DNA of 49,888 bases from Gammaproteobacteria bacterium (GTDB lineage Bacteria; Pseudomonadota; Gammaproteobacteria; GCA-002705445; GCA-002716945). The notes beneath the pieces were generated by a model. That model was given only the letters and a program-made list of their open reading frames with translations, was not told the DNA's origin and did no database searches. This document shows positions 46,371 to 49,888 of this stretch, in pieces. The position numbers were made by a program, and so were the translations under genes. Where the stretch lies: assembly GCA_045561295.1 (NCBI GenBank), contig JBJKYD010000015.1, forward strand, positions 1 through 49,888, read 5' to 3'. Each line of letters starts with the position of its first letter. The first letter of the stretch is position 1.

Positions 46371-47689
46371 AGTATCAGATGTAGCCGAGTATTTATCTTC
46401 TTCTTTTGAAGGAACCGACAGAGTAATCAGCAAAATAGTTATCGATAGTAGAGAAGTCAAAAGAGGAGATCTTTTCTTGGCTATCTCTGGAATCAATAAT
46501 GATGGACATAAATATATAACAGATGCGATTGATAAGGGAGCAGCTTGTATAATATGTGAAAAGCCTCATAATTTTATATCTTCGTCTACTCCAATTATAA
46601 TCGTTAAAAATTCCATTCAAGCGCTGGGTAATATAGCTAAAAAATATAAAAATAAAATAGGTCAACCACATACCATTGGAATTACAGGCACTAATGGCAA
46701 AACTACAGTAACAAAATTATGTACATCTATACTAAGTACTTCATTTAGAACAAGTGCAACAATAGGAAACTATAATAATGAAATAGGACTACCATTATCA
46801 GTTCTGAATGCTTCCAATGAAACAGAGAAATGTATTTACGAGCATGGGGCAAGTAAAAAAAATGATATAAACTATTTAACTAAAATCTCGCAACCAGATT
46901 TGACCACCTTATTGAACGTCTCAGAGGCTCATATGGAGTCATTTAAAAGTATGGAAAATCTTATCCAAACAAAAGAAGAGATATTTTCTCATCCTAGAAC
47001 TAAGCATATAATTCTTAATATAGACGATGCAAATTTCTCACGATGGCAAAAACTTAATGAGGGTAAGAAAATAACAACTCTATCTTTAATAGGCAATGCA
47101 GATTATGTTATGAAATCTGATGAGGCGGACTATTGTGTGTTGACACCGCATGGTGAGTTTAATGTTGATAAAGATTACACTACTAACATATTACCAATAA
47201 ATATACTATTTAGCGTAGCAATAACAATGGAATCTGGTTCTACTATTGATGATGTAATTAATGGTTTAAAATCATTTTCTGGAATTGAGGGTCGGTTTTA
47301 TACACTCTACTCAAAGAATAAATCTATGATTATTGATGACTCATACAATGCTAACCCCGAATCTATGAAGTCTGCTTTGCGTCAATTAGCTAGTTATAGT
47401 AAGAACAGGATCTTTGTTATGGGAGATATGGGGGAGTTAGGTATAAATTCTCAAAAACACCATCAATCAATATTTCAACTCTCAAAGCAATTAGGTATAG
47501 AATATTTATTTTATATGGGAGAATATAGGAGAAGATGCCGAACAAATATTTGGTGAGAATTGCTATACTTCAGATAACATGGATGAGATAGTACAAAAGC
47601 TTAAAAAAACCTCAGGCGAAGATTCAACTATCTTGGTAAAAGCATCGCGTTTTATGAATTTTGATTACATCGTAAAGGAGTTAAAATAG
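46360..47689 (+). CDS. murF: UDP-MurNAc-tripeptide:D-Ala-D-Ala ligase, with an apparent +1 frameshift near 47530
   Basis: IDSR, GITGTNGKTT, NYNNEIGLP, DDSYNANP.SM, GDMGELG; the C-terminal ILVKASRFM continues in another frame to TAG 47687-47689. Confidence 0.9.
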
Positions 47690-47692
47690 AAA

Positions 47693-48778
47693 ATGCTTCT
47701 GAGTTTCTTTGAATATCTTTCTCAATACAATTCAGGTTTTAATGTCTTTCAATATTTGACATTGAGAACAGTAATGGGCGCAGGGACTTCTCTTATAATT
47801 TCTCTTATTCTTGGTCCTTACATTATTTCTTACCTTAAGAATAAACAATTCTATCAATCTATACGTGCAGATGGTCCTAAAAGTCATCTAGATGATAAAA
47901 ATACAACTCCAACAATGGGCGGGATTATAATTATATCTTCTGTAGTTATATCAACTACTTTATGGGCCGATTTATCTAATAACTATATACTAATACTATT
48001 ATTTGGAATACTTGGATTTGGTGCTATTGGTTTTTATGATGACTATAAGAAACTTATAAAAAGAAATAGTGATGGCATAAAGGGAAGATTAAAACTTCTC
48101 CTGCAAATAACATTTGCTTTAGTTATAACGCTATTTTTGTATTTCTTTATGGATACTGGAAGTATTGAATCAGTTTTCCCTTTTTTAAAAGCAAATAGTT
48201 TTTATTTAGGAATACTTTTTATACCATGGTCAATTTTTATATTGGTTGGATCATCAAATGCAGTCAACTTAACTGATGGGTTAGATGGACTTGCTATATT
48301 GCCTTGTATTTTAATTGCATCAGCTTTTGTTATTTTTTCATATGTTCATGGGAATATAAATATTTCATCATATTTATTGATACCATATATTGAAGGTAGC
48401 GGAGAAGTTGCTATTTTTGCTGCGTCACTTGTTGGAGCAGGATTAGGATTCCTTTGGTTTAACTCATACCCCGCAGAAATATTTATGGGCGATTGTGGTT
48501 CCTTATCATTAGGAAGTTCCTTAGGGCTATTAGCAATCATACTTAAGCAAGAACTAGCGTTTGCAATCATGAGCGGTATCTTTGTGGCTGAAGCACTCTC
48601 TGTAATTATACAAGTTGCATCGTTTAAATTAAGAAAAGGAAAGAGAATTTTTAAGATGGCACCACTTCATCATCATTATGAATTATCAGGGTTATCCGAA
48701 CCAAAAATAATTATGAGGTTTTGGATTATTACGTTCATATTAGTACTAATCGCCTTGGCTACACTTAAAATTAGATGA
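47693..48778 (+). CDS. mraY: Phospho-N-acetylmuramoyl-pentapeptide transferase
   Basis: TPTMGG, GFYDDY.K, NAVNLTDGLDGL, FMGD.GSL, MAPLHHHYE. Confidence 0.97.
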   Translation: MLLSFFEYLSQYNSGFNVFQYLTLRTVMGAGTSLIISLILGPYIISYLKNKQFYQSIRADGPKSHLDDKNTTPTMGGIIIISSVVISTTLWADLSNNYILILLFGILGFGAIGFYDDYKKLIKRNSDGIKGRLKLLLQITFALVITLFLYFFMDTGSIESVFPFLKANSFYLGILFIPWSIFILVGSSNAVNLTDGLDGLAILPCILIASAFVIFSYVHGNINISSYLLIPYIEGSGEVAIFAASLVGAGLGFLWFNSYPAEIFMGDCGSLSLGSSLGLLAIILKQELAFAIMSGIFVAEALSVIIQVASFKLRKGKRIFKMAPLHHHYELSGLSEPKIIMRFWIITFILVLIALATLKIR

Positions 48779-49888
48779 ATATATATCAAGACTCCTTTCT
48801 CATACTGGGGAAAGGCATGACTTATCAAAACTGCAGAGAGTTTTTTGATAAAGAATCTGTTTCCTATGAAGCGCTAGAGACAAGTGAAATACTTGATATA
48901 AAAGATCGTCATTTAATTCTTAAAAATAAAAAAATAAATTTAGATAATATTGATTATTTTATTATTAGCCCTGGAATTTCAAAGAAAAATTCTATCTTGA
49001 AAAAACTTATACTACTTAAATGCAATATAACTACAGATATAGAAATTCTTCAAACTATCACAAAATTAAAATGCGTATGTATTACCGGTACAAATGGTAA
49101 GACATCAACTATAAACTTAATATCAGACATATTAAATAGTAATAATATCAAAACTTTAGCATGCGGCAATAATGGTGTATCCATATTTAAATCCCTTGAG
49201 GATAATTATGATTTTATAGTCCTAGAGCTATCAAGCTACCAATTAGAATATATTAAAAACCTAGATTCTCATATATCTGCTATTTTGAATCTATCGCCTG
49301 ATCACCTAGAAAGACATGGAACGTTGAAAAATTACTTCAAAACAAAATTAAAAATATTTGACAACGCAAAGTATAAAATAATAAATAATAATCTAGAATA
49401 TTCTAAAAAAGACATTACATTTGATGTAAAGAATAATTCGATATATATTAATAACAGGTCTATAGAAAATTTAGTATTCAAAAACTATAATTTCATCTCA
49501 TACAAAGATGAAGAGCATGAGATTAATGGCAGGCACGAGGCTTACAACTTATCTGCATGTATTGCAGTTTTAAGTGTATTGGGATTGTCAATAGATGAGA
49601 TAATACTCGGATTTTCTAAACGAGCTCATTTATCACATCGACTGGAAAGATTCTGTACTTATGATGGCATTACATACATCAATGATTCAAAATCAACTAA
49701 TTCAGATTCAACGTTAAATGCATTAGAGTCTGTAGATGAAAATATTGTATTGATTATGGGAGGAGACAAGAAAAAGATTTCTTATGATTCATTAAAAAAT
49801 ATAATTAATAATAAAGTCAAATTATTAATACTAATTGGAGACAATAGACAATATATCAATAATCAATTATCTGTGAAGGTAGATACTA
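48775..49888 (+). CDS. murD: UDP-MurNAc-L-Ala:D-Glu ligase (3' partial; absent from the ORF track)
   Basis: ATG overlaps the mraY stop; ISPGI, ITGTNGKTST, GNNG, LELSSYQLE, LNLSPDHLERH, HRLE, INDSKSTN, LIMGG. Confidence 0.93.
   Translation, partial: MNIYQDSFLILGKGMTYQNCREFFDKESVSYEALETSEILDIKDRHLILKNKKINLDNIDYFIISPGISKKNSILKKLILLKCNITTDIEILQTITKLKCVCITGTNGKTSTINLISDILNSNNIKTLACGNNGVSIFKSLEDNYDFIVLELSSYQLEYIKNLDSHISAILNLSPDHLERHGTLKNYFKTKLKIFDNAKYKIINNNLEYSKKDITFDVKNNSIYINNRSIENLVFKNYNFISYKDEEHEINGRHEAYNLSACIAVLSVLGLSIDEIILGFSKRAHLSHRLERFCTYDGITYINDSKSTNSDSTLNALESVDENIVLIMGGDKKKISYDSLKNIINNKVKLLILIGDNRQYINNQLSVKVDT

Noticed and set aside
2398-48570. Numerous short antisense or alternate-frame ORFs in the track (e.g. 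2398-2637, 19640-20035, 20290-20661, 36398-36799, 42222-43091)
   Set aside because: They lie within well-supported genes and show no recognisable motifs, so they are treated as shadow ORFs.
1-49888. CRISPR arrays, tRNA/rRNA genes, transposases, integrases, prophage
   Set aside because: None were recognised by eye, and the intergenic spaces are short and largely accounted for. A tRNAscan/Infernal run would be needed to exclude small RNAs fully.

Overview
AT-rich, densely packed window, probably from a streamlined gammaproteobacterium (FtsZ tail LDIPAFLRQQAD, E. coli-like type A RNase P RNA); a marine origin is plausible but inferred. About 37 kb (0.7-37.9 kb) is a one-carbon / organosulfur catabolic super-cluster. 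It holds an NAD-linked formate dehydrogenase (Fdh1AB-like) and a near-complete tetrahydromethanopterin/methylofuran formaldehyde oxidation pathway (fae, mtdB, mch, fhcBADC plus cofactor biosynthesis genes). It also holds methanethiol oxidase (mtoX) with its SCO-MauG maturation fusion. Directly upstream of mtoX is an unusual module: a XylM/AlkB-type membrane di-iron monooxygenase with a QxxHH box, an unannotated 59-aa ferredoxin, a GST, a XylA-type reductase, a small membrane protein and a FadL/TodX-type outer-membrane channel. The simplest reading, which is inference, is a candidate non-flavin dimethylsulfide (or other methyl-thioether) monooxygenase that feeds methanethiol to MtoX and formaldehyde to H4MPT and FDH. 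The rest of the window is dusA, a methyltransferase, rnpB and a rearranged dcw cluster (mraZ-J domain-rsmH-ftsL-ftsZ-ftsI-murEF-mraY-murD). Two single-base frameshifts (GST, murF) are probably sequencing errors.
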